Part shown: in pieces, positions 19,612 to 29,916 of the stretch | Layout of the letters: the number at the start of each line of letters is the position of its first letter | Position numbering within the stretch: the stretch's first letter is position 1 | The notes under the pieces: generated by a model | Told to the model about the DNA's origin: nothing | The model's input: only the letters and a program-made list of their open reading frames with translations | Databases searched by the model: none | Assembly: GCA_965197475.1 (NCBI GenBank) | Contig: CBDANF010000003.1 | Coordinates: 2,679,223-2,743,222, forward strand | Length of the DNA stretch: 64,000 bases | Reading direction: 5' to 3' | DNA from: Candidatus Poribacteria bacterium | Lineage (GTDB): Bacteria > Poribacteria > WGA-4E > WGA-3G | Position numbers and translations under genes: made by a program

Positions 19612-19745
19612 GAGGTAAACTTTGAAAACAAGATCACCCGCAAACGGGATTAGAAACGTTCAAAACCACCGTCAAGGAAGTTGTGCCCTTCTTCCAACTG
19701 GCACTCATCTATATTGTAGGGATATTTGAGTTAGGAGGAGAAATT

Positions 19746-19982
19746 ATGCTCCGTTATACAAGCAAGATACAACAAGCCCTTGCACAAGGCAAAGTTGAAG
19801 GCAAAGTTGAAGGCAAAGTTGAAGGCAAAGCTGAAGGCATTAACCAGGGGCGCGCTGAGATTTACCGCGCATGGTATGCTGATTGGGAAAAACGCAAGCA
19901 GGAGGCAGCTGAAAAGGGTATCCCCTTTAACGAACCGCCCCCATATAACCCCGATAATACCAACACTACCGAGAAAGAATAG
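19746..19982 (+). CDS. Small hypothetical protein with (KVEG)n repeat
   Basis: The ATG at 19746 is preceded by a strong RBS (taggaggagaaatt). The 78-aa product is MLRYTSKIQQALAQGKVEGKVEGKVEGKAEG..., with the internal repeat encoded by a 12-bp tandem repeat. I prefer this start to the ORF-track start at 19683. Confidence 0.4.
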   Translation: MLRYTSKIQQALAQGKVEGKVEGKVEGKAEGINQGRAEIYRAWYADWEKRKQEAAEKGIPFNEPPPYNPDNTNTTEKE

Positions 19983-20043
19983 CAAAACATGGTAATCAAT
20001 TGTCTGAATCTCGGAATTTAGGAGGCACAGTAATGTAGGTCGG

Positions 20044-20276
20044 GTAGCGCGTGCGAAACCCTTATGCGTCAATTTAGTGGGCAAATCCCGGCACACATTG
20101 TCCGGCGGGGTCTCCGTGCCCCGCCATATCCCATGTATCTGAACAACGGGCGGGCACGGAGACCCGCCCCTACAAGAAGGTTATTAGTTTCGGTTTGCTA
20201 AAATGTGTCCAACTTGAAATAAATCCTTAAATTGACGCATAAGGGTTTCACGTTGTTCTACCCAACCTACGAACTC
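20044..20276. repeat. Composite: two inverted REP family 2 copies flanking a GC-rich ~20-bp-stem hairpin
   Basis: Family 2 copies at 20044-20096 and 20229-20276 are in opposite orientation. Between them, ggcggggtctccgtgccccgcc pairs with ggcgggcacggagacccgcccc. The element sits between convergent genes. Confidence 0.7.
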
Positions 20277-20295
20277 CGAAAATTGCTTACCGAAC

Positions 20296-21408
20296 TCACG
20301 TTATGTTTGCCTTTAAACCGCTACCGGTAAGAATTGATACCGTTGCATCCCCTTCTTGGATAATACCTGCCGCCTTAAACTTCTCATATCCTTTGATAAC
20401 AACTGCAGAGGTCGGTTCAACGTAGAGACCTTTCTCCGCAAGCGTTTTCATTCCCGTCCTGATGTCCGTATCATCAACAGTAGTAAACGCACCTTTTGTC
20501 CAACGGATAGCCTCCAAAATCATCTCACCTCGGACAGGTAGTTCAGCAGTAATTCCTTCGGCAAGGGTTTGTCCTGTTTGTCGCATCCTTGAGATGGTAG
20601 GTGTTTTGTCACGGTAGGCATTGTAAATCGGGCAACAGGTTGCAGGTTGAACGCCCAATAAACGGGGAATGCTATCAATCGTCCCCGCTTCGTACAGTTC
20701 CCGAAAACCGATAAACAATCCCAAATAGATGCTTCCGAATCCGACAGGACATATCACTTGTGCTGGAACGTTTCCTCCCAACTGCTCAATAATTTCATAA
20801 GCAATCGTTTTTGTGCCTTCTAAGAAAAAAGGGTGCCAATTGTGGGAAGCGTAGCAGGTGTTTTCTGCAGCCTGTTTAACTGCTTCTGTTGTGGCAATGC
20901 GATTTCCCGGCACCAGTTTTAGCTCAGCACCGTAAGCGGAAATCTGTCTTAATTTACCTTTTGATGTGGATTCAGGGCAGTAGATGGTGCAGCGAATTCC
21001 CGCTCTTGCACTGTAGGCAGCGATTGCTGCACCCGCATTCCCTGATGAATCCTCTACTACCTCTTTGGCTCCAAGTGCCTTGAGATGTGTGAGTAACACA
21101 GAAGCACCACGGTCTTTATATGAACCCGTTGGACAGAGGTAGTCCAGTTTCACGTAGTGTTCTGGGTTGTCCGTTAAGTCCAACGGAATGAGTGGTGTCA
21201 TGCCTTCCCCAAGGGTGACAATCTCTGTGCCCGCGCGAATAAGCAATGCCTCGTGGTAACGCCAAAGTGAGATTATGGAAGTATCCCATTCATAACGGCA
21301 CGAGGCATTTTTTTCAAGAGTTAACGGAGAACCACAATCACACCGATACCGCAATTCTGATATCGCGTAGATGCTATTACATTCATTACATTGATATTGC
21401 ATGGTCAA
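20296..21408 (-). CDS. thrC: Threonine synthase-like PLP-dependent enzyme with N-terminal zinc ribbon
   Basis: The 370-aa ORF has a CxxC...CxC ribbon (YQCNECNS...RCDCGS) and the PLP-lysine motif CPTGSYKDRGASV. It also carries SSGNAGAA and the overall PALP-fold layout. Confidence 0.7.
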   Translation of the reverse strand: MTMQYQCNECNSIYAISELRYRCDCGSPLTLEKNASCRYEWDTSIISLWRYHEALLIRAGTEIVTLGEGMTPLIPLDLTDNPEHYVKLDYLCPTGSYKDRGASVLLTHLKALGAKEVVEDSSGNAGAAIAAYSARAGIRCTIYCPESTSKGKLRQISAYGAELKLVPGNRIATTEAVKQAAENTCYASHNWHPFFLEGTKTIAYEIIEQLGGNVPAQVICPVGFGSIYLGLFIGFRELYEAGTIDSIPRLLGVQPATCCPIYNAYRDKTPTISRMRQTGQTLAEGITAELPVRGEMILEAIRWTKGAFTTVDDTDIRTGMKTLAEKGLYVEPTSAVVIKGYEKFKAAGIIQEGDATVSILTGSGLKANIT

Positions 21409-21572
21409 ATTGAATCAGAAGCATTATTATTGTCCATTGAATATGACGTACCATTTTTTCTCCTTATAATTTACTATAGTTTGAATGGAAATCGGGGTTG
21501 AAAACCCCTCCTACAAAATACAAATTAACACCGAATGCCAAATCAAGAGAAATGGCGTAATAAAACTAAAAC

Positions 21573-22577
21573 CTATTCATCCCAAGGCAGTGGAACACCA
21601 AGACGTTCACTTGCTGCGCGTGCGGATGACTGTTCCATTTCACCGTAACGGATGCCTTCACGACGATGCAGTGCTGTTCGTTCCACTTCAATTGCACCGG
21701 GTAGCAGTGCTTGATCAGTACCCGGCAACGGTTCGTAGGTTTCGCGGACATCATGCACCAACCGATCGACTTCAGCATGGAAAAGATCGGGTGGTACAAT
21801 GGATTCAATATGTATAGCGAGCACCATGCCACCATGACGTGCACCACTCCACTTTGCTGTATCCTCTGGAGGCGGTTCAGTGAATCCAGTCAACGCGCCT
21901 CCAAGCAGACACGCCACAGTCGTATAGCCGATGCTCTTAAAGAAAGCTGCGGGAATCACCGATAGCAATTCATCAAATTCGGGACCGCGTTGGTAGTCTG
22001 CCATAATAGACGTTGCTGCATCAAGCACGACTGGTGGTTCATCACCTGAGGGGATTGCAAAACAGATAGGCGGGTTTCCGTAGTAACCAAGTTGCGGTTT
22101 CGAATCACGGTTTGCAGCATTACCATGGTTCTGATACCCCTGTACCGAAAAACCGATGCAACCCGATTCATTACATAGTCGCGCATAGTGACCCGCCGAA
22201 CCGTAATGTCCGATATAACGTGCAAGTCCCATGCCGATGCCGACCGCTTTCGCTTTCGCGATCGCGTGTTCGGTAGCACGTACCATCGGAAGATAGCCAA
22301 GCGTACCGTTTCCATCAAGCACAACGGCTGTCGGTGTTTCGTGGATAATGCGAATATCAGGGCGCGTGTTATAACTGCCATTTTCAAAGCCGCTGCAGTA
22401 CCCGCTAAGCGTTCGTGTGCCGTGGCTACGGACCCCGCGCAGATCAGAATTCACGAGTAGGCGGCTGATGAGCGCGGCGTGTTCGTGTGTAATGCCCGCT
22501 TTTTTGAAGCAGGCAGTGCTGAAGTTGAGAAGTCGTTCTTCATCTACACGGATGAACTCTTCTGGCGGTCTATTCAT
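21573..22577 (-). CDS. Ldh_2 family (malate/L-lactate/ureidoglycolate-type) oxidoreductase
   Basis: The 334-aa ORF has the N-terminal pattern FSTACFKKAGITHEHAALISRLLVNSDLRGVRSHGT, typical of Ldh_2 proteins. Confidence 0.7.
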   Translation of the reverse strand: MNRPPEEFIRVDEERLLNFSTACFKKAGITHEHAALISRLLVNSDLRGVRSHGTRTLSGYCSGFENGSYNTRPDIRIIHETPTAVVLDGNGTLGYLPMVRATEHAIAKAKAVGIGMGLARYIGHYGSAGHYARLCNESGCIGFSVQGYQNHGNAANRDSKPQLGYYGNPPICFAIPSGDEPPVVLDAATSIMADYQRGPEFDELLSVIPAAFFKSIGYTTVACLLGGALTGFTEPPPEDTAKWSGARHGGMVLAIHIESIVPPDLFHAEVDRLVHDVRETYEPLPGTDQALLPGAIEVERTALHRREGIRYGEMEQSSARAASERLGVPLPWDE

Positions 22578-22624
22578 ATTTTTCTCCTATTTCGTGTTGA
22601 TACTATAGTAAAGTATAATACCAA

Positions 22625-22745
22625 CAGGATTTACGCAATGTATTCAAAAGTCCCACTGATAAGGGGGATTTAGGGGGTTAAATCACTGAAATAACGACTT
22701 TTTAACCCCCCTACCCCCTTATCAAGGGGGAATGCGTAAGTCCTG
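22625..22745. repeat. MITE-like element, family 1
   Basis: The sequence reads caggatttacgcaa ... actgataagggggatttagggggttaaa ... ttaacccccctacccccttatcaagggggaatgcgtaagtcctg. Confidence 0.8.
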
Positions 22746-22929
22746 ACCAAATTAGCTTGATTCGACGTTTTCGGATAAAGTTGGCAGTGCAAGGCACGGG
22801 GACCTCACACTACAAATCAAGTTAATTGGGTATTAGGGACATGGCGAGACACAGAGACCTCGTCCTACAATTGATTTATGAGATAAGTTGTACTATAAAT
22901 GTAGTTTGCTTTGAATTAAGGGTTTAGGA

Positions 22930-24639
22930 CTATTCTTTCTGTGAGACTGTTTTTCTTTCCTGAATTAAAACAGTGCCATTGTGACTCATGTGTGCGGTTG
23001 TAGTACCATCCGGGGAATGCAATAACCTCTTGGAACCACCTGGAATATCGGTGGGTGTTGCCGTGAGTTCCTTACCTGTTTGAACATCCCACACTCGTGT
23101 TTTCTTTTGCCAATCCCCAGTAGCAATTATTTTTTTACCATCCTCCGAAAATACCACAGTACGAACAGCACCTGGTCCTTTATATATGACTCTTTTACGT
23201 TTTCCTGTTCTGGCATTCCACAAACACACCGTCCCTTTTTCATGAGTATAACAATCTAATCCTGTAACGATTGTTATACCATCAGGGGAATACGCCATGG
23301 AAGAAAAATCATACTCTCTATCCTGAATTACGTTAAAAATCTCATCAATCAAACCAAAATGCTTGAGTGTTGCTTTATGTTTACCTGTTTGTGTATCTAA
23401 CAAGAAAACCTTATCATAAGGCCTTGCCACAGCGATTGTTTTGCCATCAGGGGAATATGTTACTCTGGAAATTCTACCGTACCCAGTAAAAGTGTTTTTT
23501 ATTTTTCCTGTTTGCGTGTCCCACAATTGCACCTTACCATCTTCACTACCGGTGACAATTGTTTTGCTGTCAGGAGAATATGCTGCGGTATTGATATGCA
23601 TATATCCTGTGAGTATGGCTTTAGATTTACCGGTGGCAGCATCCCATAACCGCAACGTTTTGTCTGCGCTTGCGGTAGCGATAGTGCTTCCATCGGGAGA
23701 ATACGCGACAGATTTGACTCTCTCTGTGTGTCCAGTGAGGGTGGATTTAAGTTTCATTGTCCGTGTGTCCCACAATTGCACGTCACCGTTTCCTGTTCCG
23801 CAGACGATGGTGTTTCCATCTGGAGAATATGTCAGAGAGATTATTACTTTTTGTTTTGATATGAGCGTAGTTTTGTGAGTTCCAGTGATAGCATCCCACA
23901 ATCGAATCGTCCCATCGTAACTGCTTGTAGCAATAGTCTTGCTATCTGGAGAATATGCCGCGGAGAAAACGTGTTTTGTATGTCCAGTAAGTGTGATTTT
24001 GTGTTCACCGGTTTTCCCATCCCACAAGTGTACCACGTTATCGTCCCCAGCAGCAGCGTAAGTTGTCCCATCCGAAGAAAACACAACAAAAGTGTCCCGT
24101 TTCGTATGCATTCTACTTGTGGAAATATTTTCACCCGTCTGAGCGTTCCATAAGCGGACCGTGTTATCATAATGCCATCCACCAGTGGCAATAGTCTTTC
24201 CATCGGGAGAATACGCGATTGAATTAACACGCATTGTATGTCCTATGAGTATTGCTTTGTCTTCTCCAGTAGCGACATCCCACACCTCCACTGCCCATAT
24301 ACCACGTCCAGTCGTCCGTTTAGGTTTACCCCAACTTGTACTAGCAATTGTTTTACCATCAGGGGAAAATGCAAAAATGTAAGGACGTGTAATGTGTGAA
24401 CGCTTTAACAGTTCCAATGCTTTTCCTGTCTGCGGGGCATGGAGCCAAATTCCGATAGAAGTTGAAACCGCAAGTTTGCTACCATCTGGAGAAAAGTGGA
24501 TTTCACCAAGGGTGCCTTTGCCAATACGTGCTATTGCCCCTTCGGGTAAGCCAATTTGCGGGTTATCTTGTGCAACTGAGGGAAAACAACAGATTGAAAT
24601 TGTGAGTAGTGTGTATATCAAAACAAAGGAAGTTTTCAT
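22930..24639 (-). CDS. Secreted WD40-repeat protein
   Basis: The 569-aa ORF has a signal peptide (LIYTLLTISICCFPSVAQD). About a dozen repeats of the type AYSPDGKTIATxSxDxTxRLWD follow. Confidence 0.9.
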   Translation of the reverse strand: MKTSFVLIYTLLTISICCFPSVAQDNPQIGLPEGAIARIGKGTLGEIHFSPDGSKLAVSTSIGIWLHAPQTGKALELLKRSHITRPYIFAFSPDGKTIASTSWGKPKRTTGRGIWAVEVWDVATGEDKAILIGHTMRVNSIAYSPDGKTIATGGWHYDNTVRLWNAQTGENISTSRMHTKRDTFVVFSSDGTTYAAAGDDNVVHLWDGKTGEHKITLTGHTKHVFSAAYSPDSKTIATSSYDGTIRLWDAITGTHKTTLISKQKVIISLTYSPDGNTIVCGTGNGDVQLWDTRTMKLKSTLTGHTERVKSVAYSPDGSTIATASADKTLRLWDAATGKSKAILTGYMHINTAAYSPDSKTIVTGSEDGKVQLWDTQTGKIKNTFTGYGRISRVTYSPDGKTIAVARPYDKVFLLDTQTGKHKATLKHFGLIDEIFNVIQDREYDFSSMAYSPDGITIVTGLDCYTHEKGTVCLWNARTGKRKRVIYKGPGAVRTVVFSEDGKKIIATGDWQKKTRVWDVQTGKELTATPTDIPGGSKRLLHSPDGTTTAHMSHNGTVLIQERKTVSQKE

Positions 24640-24875
24640 GATGTTTATCTCCTTTTCGTAATCGTAAATAATTCATTTCCAAAAGCCCGTCGATTTGTTT
24701 TCTAACACTGTTTTGTTGAAAACTGTTTCGGTTTTCTTCCAGAAATATTAAATTTACTAAATACTCATGAAAACTTCCAAACCAGATAAATTTGATTATT
24801 TACATGCCTCACAACGAAGCGGTGAAATCGGGCAAATTGCTATAAGTTACGGCATACGGAGTAACCTACTACTTT

Positions 24876-26030
24876 CTAAGGATCAATTTGCTGGTAAAAT
24901 AGCTTTTCACCGTTTTTGATTGTGAATATAACAGCACCCTTGGTTGGATGACGGTTTTCGTTATAAAGTGCGATACTCGTTGCACCAACATAATTTTCAG
25001 TAGCTGCAAGTTGCTCACGTATTGCATCTGGATCCAAGCTGCCTGCCCGTTCTATTGCTTCAAAAAGCAATTTCACTGCATCGTAACTTACAGCAACGCC
25101 TCCAGTAGGTGTAGATTCATAGATGGATTCGTAAGTGTCAACAAAAGCGCGTGCTGTCGGTTCATCTGTATCAGGCGAAAAGTGACCACTGAAGTAACTG
25201 CCTTCTACTTTAGCATTTTCATCGTCAAACACAAGTTCACTGTCCCATGAATCTGCGCCAAGAAAAATAGTCGGTTCACCATCGGCGTTTTGCAGCGGAA
25301 TAGCCCGTGCCTGTTGTGTTATATTCACAATATCTTGAGCAAAACCGGATGCAAAAAGGACATCAGGTTTCATTTCAGCTATTTGCGTTAACTGTTCCAT
25401 GAAATCTGTTGTGTCTCCCTCATAAAATGCATGTTCTACCACATCTCCACCGAGTTCGTTGAAATTGGTTGCAAAAAATTCAGATATTCCTTCTGTGTAG
25501 AGGTCGCCGCTTCGTGTCAAAATTGCAGCGGTTGAGATACCGAGTTCCATTTTCGCAAATTGTGCCATGACAGCTCCTTGGAAACTATCCGTAAAAGATG
25601 CCATGAAAACAAAATCACCAGCTTGTGTAACATTTGGGTTCGTTGCAGTTGTCGTCACCATCGGTATCCTATGTTTTTGTGCTACAGGACCTACTACCGC
25701 AGCGTGAGAAGAACGATTCGGTCCAATCAGCGCGACGATTTCGTCTTCAACAATCAGTGACTCAGCAAGTTGTACAGAGACATCCAGTACCGCCTCTTTG
25801 TTAATATGACCAATCAACTCAACAGGCATGCCGAATAATCCGCCGCGCTGGTTTATTTCTGTCACAGCCAGCTCTGCCCCGTTAGGATAGGTAACACGTT
25901 GTCCGGCAACAATAAAACCGATCTTCACAGTTGGCTCTGGCGTGGGAGCAAGTACCTTTTTGACGTTATCACATCCTATAAATGTTACGGCTAACAGACT
26001 TAAACAAAATGTTGCTAAAAATTTGTGCAT
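24876..26030 (-). CDS. ABC-transporter substrate-binding lipoprotein (LivJ/Peripla_BP_6-like)
   Basis: The 384-aa ORF has a lipobox (VTFIGCDN). Type-I periplasmic binding fold motifs are present (KIGFIVAGQ..., IVALIGPNRS, GADSWDS). Confidence 0.75.
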   Translation of the reverse strand: MHKFLATFCLSLLAVTFIGCDNVKKVLAPTPEPTVKIGFIVAGQRVTYPNGAELAVTEINQRGGLFGMPVELIGHINKEAVLDVSVQLAESLIVEDEIVALIGPNRSSHAAVVGPVAQKHRIPMVTTTATNPNVTQAGDFVFMASFTDSFQGAVMAQFAKMELGISTAAILTRSGDLYTEGISEFFATNFNELGGDVVEHAFYEGDTTDFMEQLTQIAEMKPDVLFASGFAQDIVNITQQARAIPLQNADGEPTIFLGADSWDSELVFDDENAKVEGSYFSGHFSPDTDEPTARAFVDTYESIYESTPTGGVAVSYDAVKLLFEAIERAGSLDPDAIREQLAATENYVGATSIALYNENRHPTKGAVIFTIKNGEKLFYQQIDP

Positions 26031-26084
26031 ATTATAGTTCCTTTGTTACGGCATACGTAATATGCCTACTCCTCTTTTATGTAA

Positions 26085-26206
26085 CAGGATTTACGCAACA
26101 GGTTCAAAAGTCCCTTGATAAGGGGGATTTAGTGGGTTAAAAACACCGAAATAACGACTTTTTAAATCCAATACTTCCTTTTTCTCCCCAATTTGCGTAA
26201 GTCCTG
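26085..26206. repeat. MITE-like element, family 1 (right arm degenerate)
   Basis: The sequence reads caggatttacgcaa ... cccttgataagggggatttagtgggttaaaa ... ccccaatttgcgtaagtcctg. Confidence 0.75.
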
Positions 26207-26406
26207 TGTAAAAAATACCTTTTCTTTGTTTCAGATTTTTGTTAAAATGAAAAAACTTATGCTGACAGCATCGCTTGCCTCGTTATCCTTAAAATCAGCA
26301 ACGAGGATCGAGCTTGCCTCAAGCATGATGAACTTTATATCTATTATTATTTAATTTACAAAAATAAGCAAGTTATTTCTATATCCGTTGTATAGGTCTA
26401 TAAATT

Positions 26407-27150
26407 ATGGAAACCTTAATCACAGTGATTGGGCGTGGGCACTCTGGCACACGAGCCATTTCACATACGTTGTACGCCAGTGGTGTTTATATGGGTAGTC
26501 AACTGAATCCATCTGGAGATAAGATTCCACCACATGCAATGTACGATGCATGCCGTGTGATGGCAAAATACGTCAAATGGAAGGGCGGGTTATCGTGGAA
26601 TTTCGAGCCGCTGTTTAAGATGCCGATTGACTCCGAGTTTGAGCAGCTTATCAATACCTATTTGGATGATGTGCTGCGGGACAAATCTGCGTACAAGGGT
26701 TGGAAAATACCTGAGACTACACTCATATACCCATGGATAGCGCGCATGTTTCCAGAGATACGTTTTATTCATTGGATTCGTGACCCAAGAGATTGTATTC
26801 TGGGTAGCCACAAAACAGATAATTTACGTGACTTTGGCATCGAATATCCACAAACGGATGATGTTTACGAGAGGCGTGCCATTTCTTGGCACTACCAATA
26901 TCAGTTGATGAAAGCCACACCGAAATCGAAACATGTTATCCAGGTGCGTTTTGAGGACTTCGTGCTTAAACAAGAGGAGACACTCAAACGACTTGAAGCA
27001 TATTTGGGCATTCCGTTAGGACGAATTGTGGTGCGTCCGGAGGCGGTTGCACGTTGGAAACGGGTTGATGAACCTCGTGAACTTCCATTTGAATTTTTGC
27101 GTGAGGCTATTGTTGAAAACGGTTATGTGTTAAAAGTATCTTCTTCATAA
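26407..27150 (+). CDS. Sulfotransferase-family protein
   Basis: The 247-aa ORF has an N-terminal PAPS 5'-phosphosulfate-binding-like loop (VIGRGHSGTRAIS). A 3'-phosphate motif region follows (FIHWIRDPRDCILGSH). Confidence 0.55.
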   Translation: METLITVIGRGHSGTRAISHTLYASGVYMGSQLNPSGDKIPPHAMYDACRVMAKYVKWKGGLSWNFEPLFKMPIDSEFEQLINTYLDDVLRDKSAYKGWKIPETTLIYPWIARMFPEIRFIHWIRDPRDCILGSHKTDNLRDFGIEYPQTDDVYERRAISWHYQYQLMKATPKSKHVIQVRFEDFVLKQEETLKRLEAYLGIPLGRIVVRPEAVARWKRVDEPRELPFEFLREAIVENGYVLKVSSS

Positions 27151-27174
27151 AATTCTGTTAAAAGAGGAACTATT

Positions 27175-28200
27175 ATGCCAAAAAATGGAATATACCAAGT
27201 TGGATTGGTTGGAACTGGTGGAATTGCCAATGCACACGGCGGCGCGTGCCAACAGGCACCGAGTGCTGAATTGGCTGCGATCTGTGATGTGTCGGAAGGC
27301 GCATTAGCAGGTTTCGGTGAGCGGTTCGGTGTGGATCCCGAAAATCGTTATCTCTCTTTAGAAGAGATGTTAGAATCTGAAGATTTGGATATTGCGGTCA
27401 TCTGCACGTGGGGTGCTTATCACGCCGAAGTAGGTATAAAAATATCCGAATCCCGTCAAGTTAAAGCGATCTTGTGTGAGAAGCCTTTCACGTCAACAGC
27501 TGCAGAAGCGGAGGCATTCGTTGGTGCAGCACAAGAGAACGGTGTTCTTGTCGCAGAAGCGTTTAAGTTTCGCCACCATCCGATGCATATCAAGGCAAAA
27601 GAACTAATTGATTCGGGGGCAATCGGTGAGTTTATGACGCTCCGCAGCACTTTCTGCACAGGCGGCGGCGGCGGTGGTCCTGAAACGCGCAAACCCGAAG
27701 CGAATTGGCGGTTTAACAAAGCAAAGGGTGGTGGTAGTATTTACGATTTGGCGTGTTACAATATCCACCATGCGCGGTTTATGTTTGGTGCTGAACCGAT
27801 TCGGGTTTCAGGAGCATCTCAAGCAGGATTGGAAGTAGACGATGCTTCCTACCTACTCTTAGTATTCCCGGATGAAAAAACTGCCCAGATTTCTACCGGT
27901 TTCAATTGTGCTGGTGGTCAGTATGCCGAAATGACAGGGTTAGGTGGCATGCTTCGAATTGATGCCGCATGGAATAATGGAGGTTCTCCTGTTAATATTG
28001 TTCTACAGAACAGGGATGGTCGTCAAGTGATTGATATTGATCCTTGTAATCAGTTTGCATTGCAGCTTGAGCACATGTGCGAATGTTTGAAAACAGGACA
28101 ACCGCACCGTATCTCACCTGAAAGCTGCGTGAATCAGATGCGCGTCATTGATGCTGCTTTTGAGGCAATGGCAATAGGGCGGACAGTTGAGTTGGGATAG
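27175..28200 (+). CDS. Gfo/Idh/MocA-family NAD(P)-dependent oxidoreductase
   Basis: The 341-aa ORF has an N-terminal Rossmann motif (VGLVGTGGIANAH), the EKP motif (ILCEKPF) and the family-typical C-terminal alpha/beta domain. Confidence 0.85.
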   Translation: MPKNGIYQVGLVGTGGIANAHGGACQQAPSAELAAICDVSEGALAGFGERFGVDPENRYLSLEEMLESEDLDIAVICTWGAYHAEVGIKISESRQVKAILCEKPFTSTAAEAEAFVGAAQENGVLVAEAFKFRHHPMHIKAKELIDSGAIGEFMTLRSTFCTGGGGGGPETRKPEANWRFNKAKGGGSIYDLACYNIHHARFMFGAEPIRVSGASQAGLEVDDASYLLLVFPDEKTAQISTGFNCAGGQYAEMTGLGGMLRIDAAWNNGGSPVNIVLQNRDGRQVIDIDPCNQFALQLEHMCECLKTGQPHRISPESCVNQMRVIDAAFEAMAIGRTVELG

Positions 28201-28272
28201 TATAATGGTCTATAGGGCGGGTCTTTGTGCCCGTCCTTTCTTTATGCGTAGAGGAACATAGTAAGGATATTC

Positions 28273-28971
28273 ATGACGAATTTCGCAGAAACAAAAGCCC
28301 TCACCTTTGATCTGTTCGGTACAATTTTAGATTTAGGAGGCAGCCTTACACCGTTCATTCGTAAATCGTTAGATGCCCGAGATGTTGACAACCTGTCCGC
28401 AGATGAATTTTGGGAACAGTGGCGTTACAGACAACGGATTGAGCAGTACCAAGATACGATGATGATGCTTGGGCATAGTGGGTATCTGGAAACAGTCCGT
28501 CGGGCACTCCACTACACGCTAAGGCGGAACGGCATTGATGCGTCGCCTGATACGGTAAAAGAGTTTATGCATGGATGGCAACACCTCTCGCCCTTTCCAG
28601 AAGTTTTGTCTGCACTTGCGCGGCTCCAATTTCGGTATCAATTGGTGGTGTTGTCCAATGGGGATCCAGAATTTTTAGAATATCTCGTCACGGAACGGGT
28701 TGAATGGGATTTTGACGATGTAATTTCGGTTACATCTGTAGGTGCGTTTAAACCGCATCCTGCAGTTTATCGTGGTGCCGCAGGCAACCTGGGTCTTGAA
28801 GTCAATGCGTGTTTGATGGTATCTGCCAATTCATTTGACATCATGGGCGCGCGGGCGTGTGGGTATCAAGGTGCGTTTGTTAACCGCTACGATTTACCTT
28901 ACGAGGATACACCATATCAACCCGATGTGGCAGTAAACGATTTTATGGAATTGGCAGACGCATTGCTGTGA
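28273..28971 (+). CDS. Type II haloacid dehalogenase (HAD superfamily)
   Basis: The 232-aa ORF carries the HAD motifs: I LTFDLFGTILD, II VLSNG, III FKPHPAVY and IV VSANSFDIMGA. Confidence 0.75.
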   Translation: MTNFAETKALTFDLFGTILDLGGSLTPFIRKSLDARDVDNLSADEFWEQWRYRQRIEQYQDTMMMLGHSGYLETVRRALHYTLRRNGIDASPDTVKEFMHGWQHLSPFPEVLSALARLQFRYQLVVLSNGDPEFLEYLVTERVEWDFDDVISVTSVGAFKPHPAVYRGAAGNLGLEVNACLMVSANSFDIMGARACGYQGAFVNRYDLPYEDTPYQPDVAVNDFMELADALL

Positions 28972-29099
28972 TTAATTAGACCGGGTTATGCAGGTTTACC
29001 TTTATTACTTATAGTTTGTATCAAATGCCCCCATGAGTTATACTATTAGTATTCGTTAAACTAACGGGTAGATGTATTTGCATCGCCGACACTTTCTTC

Positions 29100-29916
29100 A
29101 TGGAGGTCAATATGGACCGTAAGAAGGATACCGCCTACGGTATCAATCGACTGGAATCCAAGAATGCCAGAGCCGCTATTATTCAGAAGATTTCAGCAGA
29201 CTTTAATCTAATGCCTCTCGTTGCTGAAGCCTACTATAAACAGATTTCCACCTACTTTGAACAGCACGCCGATGTGCAACTTACCTCAGGGCAAATCTGC
29301 TATGAGGCAGTCGCCGCTGAGGAACCCGCAGGCAAACACATCGCTTTAGCGAAAAAAGTTTCCTGTCGACTCAAGCTCAACGATGTTGAAGCCGACCTTG
29401 AAGTTTTAGCGACTTATGGGCTCGCAGGTCTCAGACGGAGGACCTCGGATCCTCCGATTGACCCAAGAAGCTTATGACCAAGAAGCCTTGCTGAGTTATG
29501 AGGATTTGGCGGTGTTATTAACCACCAGTCCTGCCACCGTCAAACGCGACATCCGAGCGTTGAAGCAGTCCGGCTATTTCGTGATGACGCGCGGGGCGAA
29601 ACACGACATGGGCCCGGGACTGTCTCATAAGACGCAGATTCTCGAGCTGTACTTCAAAGCATACACCTTCACCGAGATTGAGCAAAAGACGAACCACTCC
29701 GAACGGGCTGTCTACCGCTACTTGAGGGACTTCACACAAGTCGCTACGCTCCATCATCAAGGCTTTCCTAACGCACAGATACGCCTGATCACCCATCTAT
29801 CTGACCGGTTGATCCGCGAGTATCTCTCACTCTATGAGGAATACCAACACACAGATCGCATGACCCAACTCCTTAGCCCAGAACCTGAGGACACAAAAAA
29901 GGGGGACCGCTCATGA
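29100..29916 (+). pseudogene. HTH protein (DUF1670-like, recognised from memory) split by a +1 frameshift near 29442
   Basis: ORFs 29100..29477 and 29416..29916 join as ...YGLAGLRRR / RILRLTQEAYDQEALLSYEDLAVLL. This parallels ...LRINRLVRWCHQTYDQGALLTQLDLAVLL in the intact downstream paralogue. The cause could be a pseudogene, an assembly error or a programmed shift at CGG-AGG-A. Confidence 0.55.
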